A stretch of DNA of 64,000 bases from an uncultured Planctomycetales bacterium (GTDB lineage Bacteria; Omnitrophota; Gorgyraeia; Zapsychrales; JBDRMG01), in assembly GCA_964478715.1 (NCBI GenBank), contig CAYZIY010000008.1, positions 17,704 through 81,703 on the forward strand, in the 5' to 3' direction. Within the stretch, counting starts at the first letter, position 1, and each line of letters opens with the position of its first letter. Below are positions 26,304-36,897 of the stretch, piece after piece. The notes beneath the pieces are model-generated. The model searched no databases. It saw nothing but the letters and a program-made list of their open reading frames with translations, and was not told the DNA's origin. A program made the position numbers and the translations under genes.

Positions 26304-26358
26304 CTCTTCCGGCACTTCCGTCTGCGATCTGCCAGCAATCCGCCAGCGATTCTTTAAC

Positions 26359-26387
26359 TTGACGATCCCTTATCCTAATAGTATAAT
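26359..26387 (+). promoter_or_regulatory. Sigma70 promoter of rpsO-pnp
   Basis: TTGACG-17-TATAAT. Confidence 0.75.
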
Positions 26388-26447
26388 ATTTCGCAAATTA
26401 GGAATTATTTTCTCGTTGTAACAGCTAAGACATAAGGAGTTGAAACA

Positions 26448-26717
26448 TTGGCATTAACAAAACCTAAGAAAACAGAAGTCATCGACGGCTTCAGAATTCA
26501 CGCTCGCGATACCGGCTCTTCTGTTGTGCAGATCGCGCTTCTTACGGAAAAAATTAATCAGCTGACCGAGCATTTCAAAGTCCATAAAAAGGATTTTCAT
26601 TCTCGTCGCGGCTTATTGATCATGATCGGCAAGAGGCGCCGTCATTTGGCCTACCTGAAGAAGATCGACCCCCAAAAATACGAAGAGACTATTAAAAAAC
26701 TCAATCTACGTAAGTGA
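26448..26717 (+). CDS. rpsO: 30S ribosomal protein S15 (TTG start)
   Basis: [23 protein letters not shown]; AAGGAG RBS. Confidence 0.97.
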   Translation: MALTKPKKTEVIDGFRIHARDTGSSVVQIALLTEKINQLTEHFKVHKKDFHSRRGLLIMIGKRRRHLAYLKKIDPQKYEETIKKLNLRK

Positions 26718-26726
26718 GGCTAATCC

Positions 26727-28823
26727 ATGGATTTATCTCGCGTCGAGATTCCCTTTGGTGACCAAAATCTCATTATCGAAACAGGAAAATTTGCAAAACT
26801 GGCCAGCGGGGCCGTAACCTTAACCTACGGCGGGACCGTTGTTTTGGTCACATCCTGTATGTCGAAAACAACTCGGGAAGGCATTGACTGGTTTCCGCTG
26901 ATGGTGGAATTCCAGGAAAAAACCTATGCCGCCGGACGAATACCCGGCGGTTTCTTTAAGCGCGAAGGACGCCCTTCGGAGAGCGAAATTTTGGCGGCCC
27001 GGATGATCGATCGCCCCATCCGTCCGCTCTTTCCCAAGGGAATGCGTAACGACGTTCAGGTTGTCGCCACTGTTTTAAGCAGTGACGGCGAAAACGATCC
27101 GGATGTCCTGGGTATCATCGGGGCTTCTGCGTCTTTGATGATCAGCGATATTCCTTTTAATGGTCCGGTGGGTGCTGTGCGCGTAGGGCTTATCGACGGT
27201 CAATTCGTTGCCAATCCCACTTATGTCCAGAGAGAGCAAAGCGATCTGGATATTATTGTCGTTGGCTACAGTGATCATGTGATCATGATTGAGGGAGAAG
27301 CTAAAGAAGTCGAAGAACAGAAAATGATGGAGGCTATTGCCTTTGGCTTTGAAAAATTAAAACCCGTTTCCGATATTCAGAAGGAAATGGTCAAAGAAGT
27401 TGGCAAAATGAAGATGGGGGTTAAGATCAAAAAGCAGAATCCCGAATTTGTTAAGAAAATAAAGGAACTTACCTTAAGCCGACTGACGGAAATCTACAAA
27501 ATGAGCCAAAAAGAAGACCGCCAAGAAGCTCTGGAAGTTTTACTGCAGGATCTCTCCAAGGATCTCAGTCAATTTGATGCTTACAAAAAAGACGATCAGG
27601 AGATCAGGGAGGCTGATATCAAGGAAGCTCTGGAAGAAGCAGAGGCCCAGGAAGTGCGCCGTATTGTTTTAGAAGAACGCCGGCGCGTGGATATGCGCGG
27701 ATTCGAAGATATCCGTCCTTTATCCTGCGAGGTTAAAGTCCTGCCGCGTACTCATGGCAGCGGGCTGTTCACCCGGGGTCAGACGCAAAGCCTCTCGGTG
27801 ACGACATTGGGAACGCGCACCGATGAACGGCTGATCGAGGCCCTGGAAGGCAAGAGCTACAAAACATTTATGCTGCATTACAATTTTCCGTCTTTCAGTG
27901 TGGGCGAAACCCGACCGATGCGTGGACCCGGCCGCAGGGAAATCGGTCACGGTGCCTTGGCCGAAAAAGCGATCAAGGCGGTCATGCCCACCAAAGAAGA
28001 ATTTCCCTACACGGTTCGGGTGGTCTCCGAAATTCTGGAATCCAACGGTTCGTCCAGTATGGCTACGGTGTGCGCGGCATCGCTTTCGTTGATGGACGCC
28101 GGAGTGCCGGTCAGCGAGGCGGTGGCTGGTATTTCCGTCGGGTTGGTTACCGGAGAAAATGAATCTGTTTTATTAACGGATATTATGGGTGTCGAAGATC
28201 ATCTGGGAGATATGGATTTCAAAGTAGCCGGAACCCGCAGGGGAATTACGGCTATCCAATTGGATCTTAAGATAGAGGGCATTGACCTCAATTTATTGAC
28301 ACAGGCCACGGAGCGGGCTAAACAGGCGCGGTTTAAAATCCTGGATAAGATGCATAGGGTGATTGATAAACCGCGTGATCAGATTTCTGATTATGCGCCA
28401 CGGTTGATTACTCTTAAGATCAACAGGGAAAAAATCGGAAGCTTGATCGGTCCCGGCGGAAAGAATATCCGGAAATTGATTGATGAAACCGGTTGCTCAA
28501 TCGATATCGAAGATGACGGGACCGTTGTGATTGCCTCGACCGTCAGCGAAGACGCCAATCGGGCCGCTGAGCAGATTCGCCTGATGATGGAAGAACCTGA
28601 AGTCGGAAAAGTCTACAATGCCAAAGTCACCCGCATCATGAACTTTGGGGCTTTTTGTGAATTTCTGCCCGGAAAAGAAGGTTTAGTGCACATTTCAGAA
28701 TTATCAAATGAGTACGTTAAAGACATTAATAAATATGTTAAAATAGGAGATGAGTTTAAGGTCAAACTGATTGAAATTGACGATCAGAACAGGTGTAACT
28801 TAAGCAAGAAAAAAGCTGAATGA
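26727..28823 (+). CDS. pnp: Polynucleotide phosphorylase
   Basis: RIPGGFFKREG, FTRGQTQ, RREIGHG, SNGSSSMA, GDMDFKVAG; KH and S1 domains. Confidence 0.98.
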   Translation: MDLSRVEIPFGDQNLIIETGKFAKLASGAVTLTYGGTVVLVTSCMSKTTREGIDWFPLMVEFQEKTYAAGRIPGGFFKREGRPSESEILAARMIDRPIRPLFPKGMRNDVQVVATVLSSDGENDPDVLGIIGASASLMISDIPFNGPVGAVRVGLIDGQFVANPTYVQREQSDLDIIVVGYSDHVIMIEGEAKEVEEQKMMEAIAFGFEKLKPVSDIQKEMVKEVGKMKMGVKIKKQNPEFVKKIKELTLSRLTEIYKMSQKEDRQEALEVLLQDLSKDLSQFDAYKKDDQEIREADIKEALEEAEAQEVRRIVLEERRRVDMRGFEDIRPLSCEVKVLPRTHGSGLFTRGQTQSLSVTTLGTRTDERLIEALEGKSYKTFMLHYNFPSFSVGETRPMRGPGRREIGHGALAEKAIKAVMPTKEEFPYTVRVVSEILESNGSSSMATVCAASLSLMDAGVPVSEAVAGISVGLVTGENESVLLTDIMGVEDHLGDMDFKVAGTRRGITAIQLDLKIEGIDLNLLTQATERAKQARFKILDKMHRVIDKPRDQISDYAPRLITLKINREKIGSLIGPGGKNIRKLIDETGCSIDIEDDGTVVIASTVSEDANRAAEQIRLMMEEPEVGKVYNAKVTRIMNFGAFCEFLPGKEGLVHISELSNEYVKDINKYVKIGDEFKVKLIEIDDQNRCNLSKKKAE

Positions 28824-31060
28824 GACGACATTACATTGATGAAATCAAATCAGTGCTTATTCTTTCTTGCGCTGTTATTTTATTCTTAAGCTTATTTTCT
28901 TTTGTCCCCGAAGATCTTCCCTGGTATGCTTCTCCACCCAATAAAGATGTTCACAATCTAATCTCCGTTTTTGGTGCCTATTTGGCCGGAAGCCTTATGT
29001 TTGTTTTTGGCTACGGCAGTTATTTTCTGGTGGCTTTTCTGATTTACTGGGCGTGGGAAGTTTTTTACGCTCGGCCGCTCAAATGGTCTCTTTCTAAAAT
29101 GTTGTGCTTCTTTGTTTTTATTGGTTCCACCAGCAGTCTTTTGAGCATGTTCGGATCCCAGGAGCAGACGGCCCGGTTTGTTCGTTCGGGAATTGTGGGG
29201 TTGACGGTTTCTAATTTTCTGACTACCTATTGCGGAGGACCAGGCGCTTTTATTATCTTGATGACCTTGGCGATTTTAAGCGTTGTGCTCTTGGGGGAAT
29301 TTTTGTTGTCCCCGCTTGTCGTGACGCTTTTTCGGCAATTGAAATCAACTTTTATTATCCTTTGGCAAAAAATGCATTCTGGTTTGAGCCGGTTGAAGGA
29401 GCGAAGCAATAAACCGAAGCCCGTTGTCTTAGCTCGTTCAACGCCTGCGGAAAAAATGAAACGCGTTACACAGCCAGCGGACGGGAAGAAGGCGGATGCG
29501 GGAAAACAAACACCGCTAAAAGACTTCAAGAAGATGCCGGAAGCCAGAATACCCGCAACACCACGAATTACGGTCACTGAAAAAAAACCGGAATCCTCGA
29601 CGGTGATTTCTCAGAAAGAAAGATCCGTAGGAGATTACAAGCTGCCCACGCTTGATCTTCTAAAAGACCCCCCGGGTATTTCGGCCAGAAAAATGCAAGG
29701 GGATCTGATGAATGGCGCAAAAACGCTGGAAAATACTTTAGCCAATTTCGGGGTTGACGCGCGTGTCGCCGATATTGAACGGGGTCCTGTGATTACCCGT
29801 TTTGAACTGGAACCAGCCCCGGGGGTGAAGGTTCAAAGAATCACGACTCTTTCCGACGATATCGCTTTGGCCATGCAGGCGCAGACCGTGCGGATTGTCG
29901 CTCCTATTCCGGGGAAAAATCGGGTTGGCATTGAGGTCCCCAATCTTTCGACCAGTCTTGTTTATCTTAAGGAAGTTTTAGCGCAGTCTCAATTTCAGAA
30001 TTCTAAAGACAAAATCGCCTTAGCCTTGGGGAAAGATATTTCCGGAAAAACACTTGTGGCTGATTTAGCGGATATGCCTCATCTGCTGATTGCCGGCACC
30101 ACCGGAGCGGGAAAAACCGTTTGTTTAAACAGCATTATCATGTCGATGCTATTTCGCAGCGCTCCGCATGAGGTCAAATTTCTTTTTGTAGATCCGAAGA
30201 TGGTGGAGCTCTCTATTTACAATAAATTGCCCCATGCCCTGTGTCCGGCGGTTACCGATCCGAAGAAAGTGTCGGCAGCACTCAATTGGGTAGTCGGAGA
30301 GATGGAATCCCGGTACAACCTGCTGGCCGAAGAAGGTGTGCGTAATATTGTGGAATACAACAGGATCAAAGACGATAAGCTGCCCTACATTGTGGTTGTT
30401 GTCGATGAGCTGGCCGATCTGATGCAAGTGGCTGCCAAGAATATCGAAAGCGCAATTACCCGTCTGGCGCAGCTTTCGCGGGCGGTGGGTATTCATCTGA
30501 TTTTAGCCACCCAGCGACCCTCGGTCAATGTGATCACGGGTGTCATCAAGGCCAATTTTCCGGCGAGAATTTCATTTAAAGTGGCCTCCAAGGTTGACAG
30601 TCGTACTGTATTGGATATGAATGGCGCTGAGGCGCTTTTAGGTAAAGGGGACATGCTTTTTATGAAACCCGGTGAGGCTAAGCCCACCCGGGCTCAGTGT
30701 ACGCTTGTTTCCGATGAGGAAATCAATGATGTGATCGGCTTTATCAAGGCCCAACAGGGACCCCAATACAATGACGATATTCTAAAAAAACAAACTAAGG
30801 GGAGCTCGGGAAACGTTGAAGACAAAGATGAACTTTACGATGAGGCCGTGCGACTTGTGGTGGAAACCAATCAGGCTTCCGTATCCATTTTACAAAGGCG
30901 TATGCGCTTAGGTTATACCCGGGCGGCACGGCTGATTGATATGATGGAGCAGGAAGGCGTGGTTGGTCCCTATGCGGGTAGCAAACCCAGGGAATTATTG
31001 GTCAATCGTGAAGAATGGCTTATGCAAAATATGAGCGATCGGGGAAGTGCCAATGGCTGA
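28820..31060 (+). CDS. ftsK: DNA translocase FtsK
   Basis: N-terminal TMs, PHLLIAGTTGAGK, DELADLM, ATQRPS, gamma domain LQRR.RLGY.RAAR. Confidence 0.96.
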   Translation: MRRHYIDEIKSVLILSCAVILFLSLFSFVPEDLPWYASPPNKDVHNLISVFGAYLAGSLMFVFGYGSYFLVAFLIYWAWEVFYARPLKWSLSKMLCFFVFIGSTSSLLSMFGSQEQTARFVRSGIVGLTVSNFLTTYCGGPGAFIILMTLAILSVVLLGEFLLSPLVVTLFRQLKSTFIILWQKMHSGLSRLKERSNKPKPVVLARSTPAEKMKRVTQPADGKKADAGKQTPLKDFKKMPEARIPATPRITVTEKKPESSTVISQKERSVGDYKLPTLDLLKDPPGISARKMQGDLMNGAKTLENTLANFGVDARVADIERGPVITRFELEPAPGVKVQRITTLSDDIALAMQAQTVRIVAPIPGKNRVGIEVPNLSTSLVYLKEVLAQSQFQNSKDKIALALGKDISGKTLVADLADMPHLLIAGTTGAGKTVCLNSIIMSMLFRSAPHEVKFLFVDPKMVELSIYNKLPHALCPAVTDPKKVSAALNWVVGEMESRYNLLAEEGVRNIVEYNRIKDDKLPYIVVVVDELADLMQVAAKNIESAITRLAQLSRAVGIHLILATQRPSVNVITGVIKANFPARISFKVASKVDSRTVLDMNGAEALLGKGDMLFMKPGEAKPTRAQCTLVSDEEINDVIGFIKAQQGPQYNDDILKKQTKGSSGNVEDKDELYDEAVRLVVETNQASVSILQRRMRLGYTRAARLIDMMEQEGVVGPYAGSKPRELLVNREEWLMQNMSDRGSANG

Positions 31061-31898
31061 ACAAAAACACAAAGGAGTTTACCTGAAGCAGGCCCGCGAG
31101 GCCAAAGGAATTAGCCTGCAGAGCGTGCATGAAGTTACCAAGATCCCGATGGATGCTTTGCGCGCTATTGAAGAAGGCTATACAGTTCGTACGCTTTCTT
31201 CATTTTACATGAGGGGTTTCACAAAAATGTATGCCCAGTACTTAGGCATCGATATCCATGATGTTGTCGAAGATTATCAGCCGGAGAAAATTCCTAAACC
31301 GGTAAAAGGCGATGATACAGAGACCTTTAACGAAAAATTCCGCAATTTAATTTCCCGAGGAAAGAGCCAGATGATCTTAAGAATCATCATTGTCGTTGTG
31401 GCAATTCTGCTGTTGATTCGCATTGGCGGATGTGTCAAACGATTCATGGTCAATCGTCCACAGCGGATAGCCCAGAGAGAGAAAATCGCCCGGCAAAGGG
31501 CCGATTTAAAAAAGGCCCAACAAAAAGAACAAGAGCGCGCCGCGCAGGCGCAAGCACCCGCAACTCCCGCCAGAGAACAACAACCTTCCGGAAAAGAGCA
31601 GACAAAGAAGGTTCAGGGAATCGCTTTTGATACCGCTTCGGATACAATCAGCTTGACCGTAAGAGCCAAGAAAAATACCTGGTTGCAAGTCAAGGTGGAT
31701 GGGTCCATTGTTTTTCAGTCAACCTTTCGGCACGGGTCTGTTGAAACATGGAAGGCCCAGGAGAAAATCGAGCTGGCCGGAAAAGATTTGCATGAGTTGG
31801 AATTCGAACTGAACGGACAGCTTATCGGTTCTTTGGGCCGAAGCAGAAGGCGTGCCAGCAAAGTAATCGTCACCCAAAGCGGTTTGACAACGGAATAA
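31053..31898 (+). CDS. rodZ: RodZ-like protein (HTH, TM, DUF4115)
   Basis: G.YLKQARE..GISL...TKI....AIEEG...RGF...YA.YLG; TM; WLQV.VDG; located between ftsK and rimO. Confidence 0.85.
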   Translation: MAEQKHKGVYLKQAREAKGISLQSVHEVTKIPMDALRAIEEGYTVRTLSSFYMRGFTKMYAQYLGIDIHDVVEDYQPEKIPKPVKGDDTETFNEKFRNLISRGKSQMILRIIIVVVAILLLIRIGGCVKRFMVNRPQRIAQREKIARQRADLKKAQQKEQERAAQAQAPATPAREQQPSGKEQTKKVQGIAFDTASDTISLTVRAKKNTWLQVKVDGSIVFQSTFRHGSVETWKAQEKIELAGKDLHELEFELNGQLIGSLGRSRRRASKVIVTQSGLTTE

Positions 31899-31905
31899 TA
31901 AGTCA

Positions 31906-33201
31906 TTGAAAAGTAAAAACTTGATGATCAACAAAGGATCCCTGCCGACGGTAGGGATTTTGAATTTAGGGTGTGTGCGCAATATCGTGGATTCTCAGCT
32001 TATTGCCGGACGCCTGCAGTCAAAAGGATATGCCGTCAAGCCGGGCGCAGAAAAGATCGATATTGTTATCATTAATACTTGCGGCTTTATTGAAGGAGCC
32101 AAAGAGGAATCGATCGATGTGATCCTGAGGTGTCTTGATTTGAAACAGCATGGACGGATCCAAAAAGTGATTGTTGCCGGTTGCCTGTCTCAGCGTTATG
32201 CTCTTGAGTTGATCCGCGAATGTCCTCAGATCGATGCCGTAGTCGGCGTGCTGGCTTTGGAGAAGACCAGGAATCTGCCCCAGAAAATCTTAACGCCCCG
32301 TCATTACGCTTATGTCAAAATATGCGAAAGCTGTCTGCATCATTGCAGTTTTTGCGCTATTCCCCAGATCAAGGGATCTTTTCTATCACGTAGCATTCAT
32401 TCCATTTTAGAAGAAATCGAATATCTGGATTATCGTCGGACAAAAGAAATAATTTTGATCGGACAGGACACCACATCTTTTGGTTTGGATTGCACCAAGC
32501 GTCCGCAATTAACGCGGCTTCTTAAACAGATACTCAAAAAAACCCGCCATATTCGGTGGATCAGAATTCTTTATGCTTATCCGTCTTTAATCGATGAGGA
32601 ATTGCTAGATTTAATGTCCGAGGAAGAGCGGATTTGTTCTTATCTGGATATTCCCCTGCAGCATATCAGCGATCGGATACTCAAGAAGATGAATAGACCT
32701 TTTTTAAGCCGTTGCACAAGGAACTTGATCGAACAAGTGCGAAGCAAAGTTTCCGGAATTTGCTTGCGTACTAGTTTAATGGTGGGATTTCCCGGAGAGA
32801 CCGAATCGGAATTTCAAGAACTGTGTGAATTTGTCTCAGACATGCAGTTTAACCGCTTAGGTGTCTTTCCCTATTCGCAAGAAGAGGGGACAAAAGCCGC
32901 AAAACTGCCGCAGCAAGTGGCTGAGGCCGTTAAAAAAAGGCGGGTCGCGCATATCATGCGCCTTCAGAGAAAAATATCCCGCCAAAATCTTAAAAGATTT
33001 ATCGGCACGATCCAGGAGATTGTGATTGACGAACGGGATCCTAATGAAGAGAATATTTATGTGGGGCGCACCCGGTTTGATGCTCCGGAAGTAGACGGCA
33101 GTGTTCTTTTATCGTCCCAGAAAAGACGGGCGATCGGTTCTCTCGTGAAGGTGAAGATCACCGACTCTTACGAATATGATTTAATAGGTCAAGCGTTATG
33201 A
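31906..33201 (+). CDS. rimO: Ribosomal protein S12 methylthiotransferase
   Basis: LGC..N.VDS, NTCGFI..AKEES, CxxxCxxC, GFPGET, APEVDG. Confidence 0.93.
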   Translation: MKSKNLMINKGSLPTVGILNLGCVRNIVDSQLIAGRLQSKGYAVKPGAEKIDIVIINTCGFIEGAKEESIDVILRCLDLKQHGRIQKVIVAGCLSQRYALELIRECPQIDAVVGVLALEKTRNLPQKILTPRHYAYVKICESCLHHCSFCAIPQIKGSFLSRSIHSILEEIEYLDYRRTKEIILIGQDTTSFGLDCTKRPQLTRLLKQILKKTRHIRWIRILYAYPSLIDEELLDLMSEEERICSYLDIPLQHISDRILKKMNRPFLSRCTRNLIEQVRSKVSGICLRTSLMVGFPGETESEFQELCEFVSDMQFNRLGVFPYSQEEGTKAAKLPQQVAEAVKKRRVAHIMRLQRKISRQNLKRFIGTIQEIVIDERDPNEENIYVGRTRFDAPEVDGSVLLSSQKRRAIGSLVKVKITDSYEYDLIGQAL

Positions 33202-33776
33202 ATTTGCCCAATAAACTGACTCTTTCGCGTTTTGTAATGACTTTCTTTTTTATCTATTTTATCTCCCGAGAAAGTCTGGCGGCTATGATGAGTGCGACCT
33301 TCATCTTTTCTTTGGCTTCTTTTACCGATTATCTTGACGGTTATTTAGCCAAGAAAAATAATCAGATTAGTGATTTTGGGGTGATGATGGATCCGATTGC
33401 AGACAAATTTTTGATCTTGGCCGCTTTTATTGCCTTTGTCCGGATGCAGATTGTGGACGATTGGATGGTGGTCGTGATTTTGGGACGGGAAATCATTGTA
33501 ACGGGATTCCGCCTGTTTGCCATGAGCCGGGGAAAGGTTTTGGCTGCCGAGCGGGCTGGAAAACATAAAACGGTCTCCCAGATTGTCGCGATTTTCTCCA
33601 TCCTGGGGCTTCTGATTTTCCGGGCGTCCTGGATGGCTTTATCCCAATGGTCAATGAATATCGAAACCTGGTGGCAGATTGTTGTTGATATCCTGATGCT
33701 CATTACAGTGGTGCTGACATTGATTTCGGGTATTTCTTTTATGATCAAAAACAGAAAACTTCTTCATCTTCAGTAA
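33198..33776 (+). CDS. pgsA: CDP-diacylglycerol--glycerol-3-phosphate phosphatidyltransferase
   Basis: NLPNKLT, TDYLDGYLA...FG..MDPIADK. Confidence 0.94.
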   Translation: MNLPNKLTLSRFVMTFFFIYFISRESLAAMMSATFIFSLASFTDYLDGYLAKKNNQISDFGVMMDPIADKFLILAAFIAFVRMQIVDDWMVVVILGREIIVTGFRLFAMSRGKVLAAERAGKHKTVSQIVAIFSILGLLIFRASWMALSQWSMNIETWWQIVVDILMLITVVLTLISGISFMIKNRKLLHLQ

Positions 33777-33777
33777 G

Positions 33778-34242
33778 ATGATACGATTACTGACAACTTT
33801 TTTCTATGTCGGATATTTCCCGATAGCGTCGGGTTCTTTGGCCAGTGTCTGTGGACTGCTTTTGGCTGTCATTTTTTCGTCTTCGCTCTGGATGTATTCT
33901 GGCGTGATATTAATTTTCACGGCCTTAGGATTAGGCCTAAGCGGAAAAATGGAAGAGGCCTTGAGTGAAAAGGATCCGCCTTGCGTCGTGATTGATGAAG
34001 TAGTCGGCATGATGATCGCTCTTTTTGGCATTACGCTTTCTCCCGCGCGGTTAATTACAGCTTTTTTTCTTTTTCGCGCTTTTGATATGTTTAAGATTTA
34101 TCCCGTTCAGAGATTTGAGAAAATGGACGGCGCTTACGGGATCATGTTCGATGATATTGTGGCCGGCTTTTACACCAATTTGATTATGCGCATTAGTATG
34201 GCTTTAAGTTCGGCCGCTTTCTTGAGAGACATAGTAAATTGA
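33778..34242 (+). CDS. pgpA: Phosphatidylglycerophosphatase A
   Basis: DP..VVIDEVVG, FLFRAFD..K, G.GIMFDD.VAG. Confidence 0.92.
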   Translation: MIRLLTTFFYVGYFPIASGSLASVCGLLLAVIFSSSLWMYSGVILIFTALGLGLSGKMEEALSEKDPPCVVIDEVVGMMIALFGITLSPARLITAFFLFRAFDMFKIYPVQRFEKMDGAYGIMFDDIVAGFYTNLIMRISMALSSAAFLRDIVN

Positions 34243-34265
34243 AATGCATGCCCACAGGATGAATC

Positions 34266-34493
34266 ATGGTCAAAGTCGTTACTTTCTTACTGATTCTCGT
34301 TCTGGTTATTTTTATTATTCAGGATAGTCATTTGATCGTGAAGCGTACGGTAACCGATGATTTTCTGGGTGCCAGTCGGGAAGAATATTATTTTCAATGG
34401 AACAATTTTCTCTCCTATTGGAAAGAGATTCCTCAAAAAATTATTTCGGTCGGCGAAGAAGTGAATTTATTTTTTGAAGTTAAAAAGCGCTAA
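34266..34493 (+). CDS. Small hypothetical membrane protein
   Basis: 75 aa, N-terminal TM, AGGA RBS. Confidence 0.55.
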   Translation: MVKVVTFLLILVLVIFIIQDSHLIVKRTVTDDFLGASREEYYFQWNNFLSYWKEIPQKIISVGEEVNLFFEVKKR

Positions 34494-34505
34494 AAGATTA
34501 TGATT

Positions 34506-35084
34506 TCAATTAGATAAACAAAGAACACTATACAGGATGTCATAGATTGGTCCGCGGGGAGTAAGGGTGCTTTTGATCAGATTTACGCGCGTTATGGATT
34601 GCTTGATCGTTTGATTTAAACGGTATTTCTTGAGATTATGAATCAGTGGGAATTTGTTTGCAGGAGAACGCACCCGACCTAGCGTGATATGAGCCTGAAA
34701 GGGGCGTTTTTCTTTTTCGAAACCAATTTCTTTTAGTCGGTCATCAATCGATTTAGCGATGCGGATGATTGGCTCTCTTCCCTGCTCCAATCCGGCCCAA
34801 ATAACTTTGGGGTTTTCGATTCTCGGAAAGGCGCCCACTTCAATGATGCTGATTGACCAGGAAGGCTCATGATCAAGGACGCCATGAAGAATATTCTTGA
34901 TGTTATCGATTTGATTAACGGAAATGTTTCCTAGAAATTTTATCGTCAAATGGATGTTTTCCGGCTTGACCCATTTGATATGAGCTTCGGATTCTTCTAG
35001 ATGTTTTTGAATATCCTTAAGAGCATTTTTTGTTTCGGAATTCAGTTCAAAGGCGATAAAAGCACGGATTGATTCATTGCTCAT
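34506..35084 (-). CDS. thpR: RNA 2',3'-cyclic phosphodiesterase (2H family)
   Basis: MSNESIRAFIA..., HLTIKFLG and AHITLGR (two HxT motifs); start taken at 35084. Confidence 0.92.
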   Translation of the reverse strand: MSNESIRAFIAFELNSETKNALKDIQKHLEESEAHIKWVKPENIHLTIKFLGNISVNQIDNIKNILHGVLDHEPSWSISIIEVGAFPRIENPKVIWAGLEQGREPIIRIAKSIDDRLKEIGFEKEKRPFQAHITLGRVRSPANKFPLIHNLKKYRLNQTIKQSITRVNLIKSTLTPRGPIYDILYSVLCLSN

Positions 35085-35562
35085 GGATGAAATCCAGAAG
35101 GATTTGCAGGGCCTTTCGGCATGATTGATTTTTGATGCTTTGGCGTTTGCCCCTGAATTGAAATACCTGGCAAACGCCTGTCTTACGACCTGAAACCGCG
35201 ATACAAACCAGTCCGACCGGCTTGGTTTTGCTTCCCCCGCCCGGTCCGGCGATTCCGGTAATGCCGATTCCATAATCAGCGCGGAAAATCTTACGGACAT
35301 GGAGGGCCATTGTTTTGGCTACGGGCTCGCTGACGGCTCCGTGTTTTGTTAAAACCGATGGCGGGATTTTTAAGACACTGCGCTTGACTTGATTGGAATA
35401 AGCCACAATGCCGCAAACAAACCATTGGCTGGAGCCGGGAATATTGGTTAATCGATGAGAGAGTAGCCCCCCGCTGCAGGATTCAGACACAGCGAGTGAT
35501 CTTCTCTTAACTCTAAGAGTCTCAGCGACTTTCTTCTCTAATGTTACCGTGGTCTTTGTCAT
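35074..35562 (-). CDS. pncC: CinA C-terminal domain / NMN deamidase
   Basis: ESCSGG, PGSS, GAVS, ITGIAGPGGG...KPVGLV. Confidence 0.9.
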   Translation of the reverse strand: MTKTTVTLEKKVAETLRVKRRSLAVSESCSGGLLSHRLTNIPGSSQWFVCGIVAYSNQVKRSVLKIPPSVLTKHGAVSEPVAKTMALHVRKIFRADYGIGITGIAGPGGGSKTKPVGLVCIAVSGRKTGVCQVFQFRGKRQSIKNQSCRKALQILLDFIHEQ

Positions 35563-35591
35563 TGAGTTCATTATACGTAAGGATAAAAATC

Positions 35592-35620
35592 TTGACAAGG
35601 AAAACTATTTGAATTATAGT
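35592..35620 (+). promoter_or_regulatory. Sigma70 promoter of the rib operon
   Basis: TTGACA-17-TATAGT; an extra TATAAT lies downstream. Confidence 0.6.
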
Positions 35621-35661
35621 TTTTATTTATATAATATTAATATTAAATATGAGGAGTCGAT

Positions 35662-36864
35662 ATGTTCAATTCAATCGAAGAGACCATTAAAGATTTGCAG
35701 CAGGGTAAAATGGTCATCGTCATGGACGATGAAGGACGTGAAAACGAAGGGGATTTGGTTGTCGCGGCTGAACACTGCCAACCGGAACATATCAATTTTA
35801 TGGCCAATAATGCTCGGGGTCTGATTTGCGTCCCCATGGAAGAGAAGCGGCTGGATGAACTCCAACTGTTTCCGATGCTGGATGCGTACAATGATCGGGA
35901 GCATAAAAAGTGCAATACCGCCTGGGTTATTTCTGTCGATGCCTCTAAGGGCGTGACAACCGGCATATCGGCTTATGATCGCGCCCATACAGTCAAGGCG
36001 TTGATTGATCCCAAAGCCAAAGCCGAAGATTTCGTGGTGCCGGGACACCTTTTCCCTCTGCGCGCCCGCGAGGGCGGCGTTTTAGTTCGTGCCGGCCATA
36101 CCGAAGCTAGCGTGGATTTGATGAAAATCGCCGGATTAACGCCGGCCGCGGTTATTTGTGAAGTGATGAACGATGACGGGACCATGGCCCGCACACCCGA
36201 TTTATTTAAATTTGCCAAAAAAAATGATTTAAAAATCTGTACCATCGATCATCTCATCGAATACCGTCGCAAGTACGAGAAACTGATTATTCGTGGTCCA
36301 CAATCCGAATTACCGACTAAATTTGGAACTTTTCAGATGATCGGCTATGTGTCTAAAGTCGATCAACTTTGCCATATTGCTTTGATTTACGGTGAGATTG
36401 ACAGCAAGAAACCTATTATGGTTCGTGTTCAAAGCGAATGCTTAACCGGAGATGTTTTCGGTTCGCTGCGCTGTGATTGCGGAGATCAACTCTCTACTTC
36501 TCTGCGGATGATCAGCGAGCAGGGCGGCGGGATTCTTCTGTATCTGCGCCAGGAAGGACGCGGTATCGGTTTGGCTAATAAGATTCAGGCTTATCATTTG
36601 CAGGATAAGGGTATGGATACGGTAGAGGCCAACGAAGCCCTGGGTTTTATTCCCGATTTGCGGACCTACGGGATCGGAGCGCAAATTCTGGTTGACCTGG
36701 GAGTCAAAGAGATTCGCCTGCTGACTAATAATCCGCGCAAAATCGTCGGCCTGGAAGGATACCACTTGAAGGTTGTTGAGCGCATTCCGATGAAGATTCC
36801 GCATAATCCCATCAATGAGAAATACCTGAAAACAAAAAAAGCAAAGCTGGGACACCTGATTTAG
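35662..36864 (+). CDS. ribBA: DHBP synthase / GTP cyclohydrolase II
   Basis: RENEGD, GHTEA, SECLTGDVFGS.RCDCG, QEGRGIGL. Confidence 0.97.
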   Translation: MFNSIEETIKDLQQGKMVIVMDDEGRENEGDLVVAAEHCQPEHINFMANNARGLICVPMEEKRLDELQLFPMLDAYNDREHKKCNTAWVISVDASKGVTTGISAYDRAHTVKALIDPKAKAEDFVVPGHLFPLRAREGGVLVRAGHTEASVDLMKIAGLTPAAVICEVMNDDGTMARTPDLFKFAKKNDLKICTIDHLIEYRRKYEKLIIRGPQSELPTKFGTFQMIGYVSKVDQLCHIALIYGEIDSKKPIMVRVQSECLTGDVFGSLRCDCGDQLSTSLRMISEQGGGILLYLRQEGRGIGLANKIQAYHLQDKGMDTVEANEALGFIPDLRTYGIGAQILVDLGVKEIRLLTNNPRKIVGLEGYHLKVVERIPMKIPHNPINEKYLKTKKAKLGHLI

Positions 36865-36897
36865 AATTAAACTCGCTTGTCTACGGCGGATAAAACG

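Noticed and set aside
35600-35661. FMN riboswitch ahead of ribBA
   Set aside because: The leader is only about 35-60 nt, very AT-rich, and lacks RFN consensus motifs.
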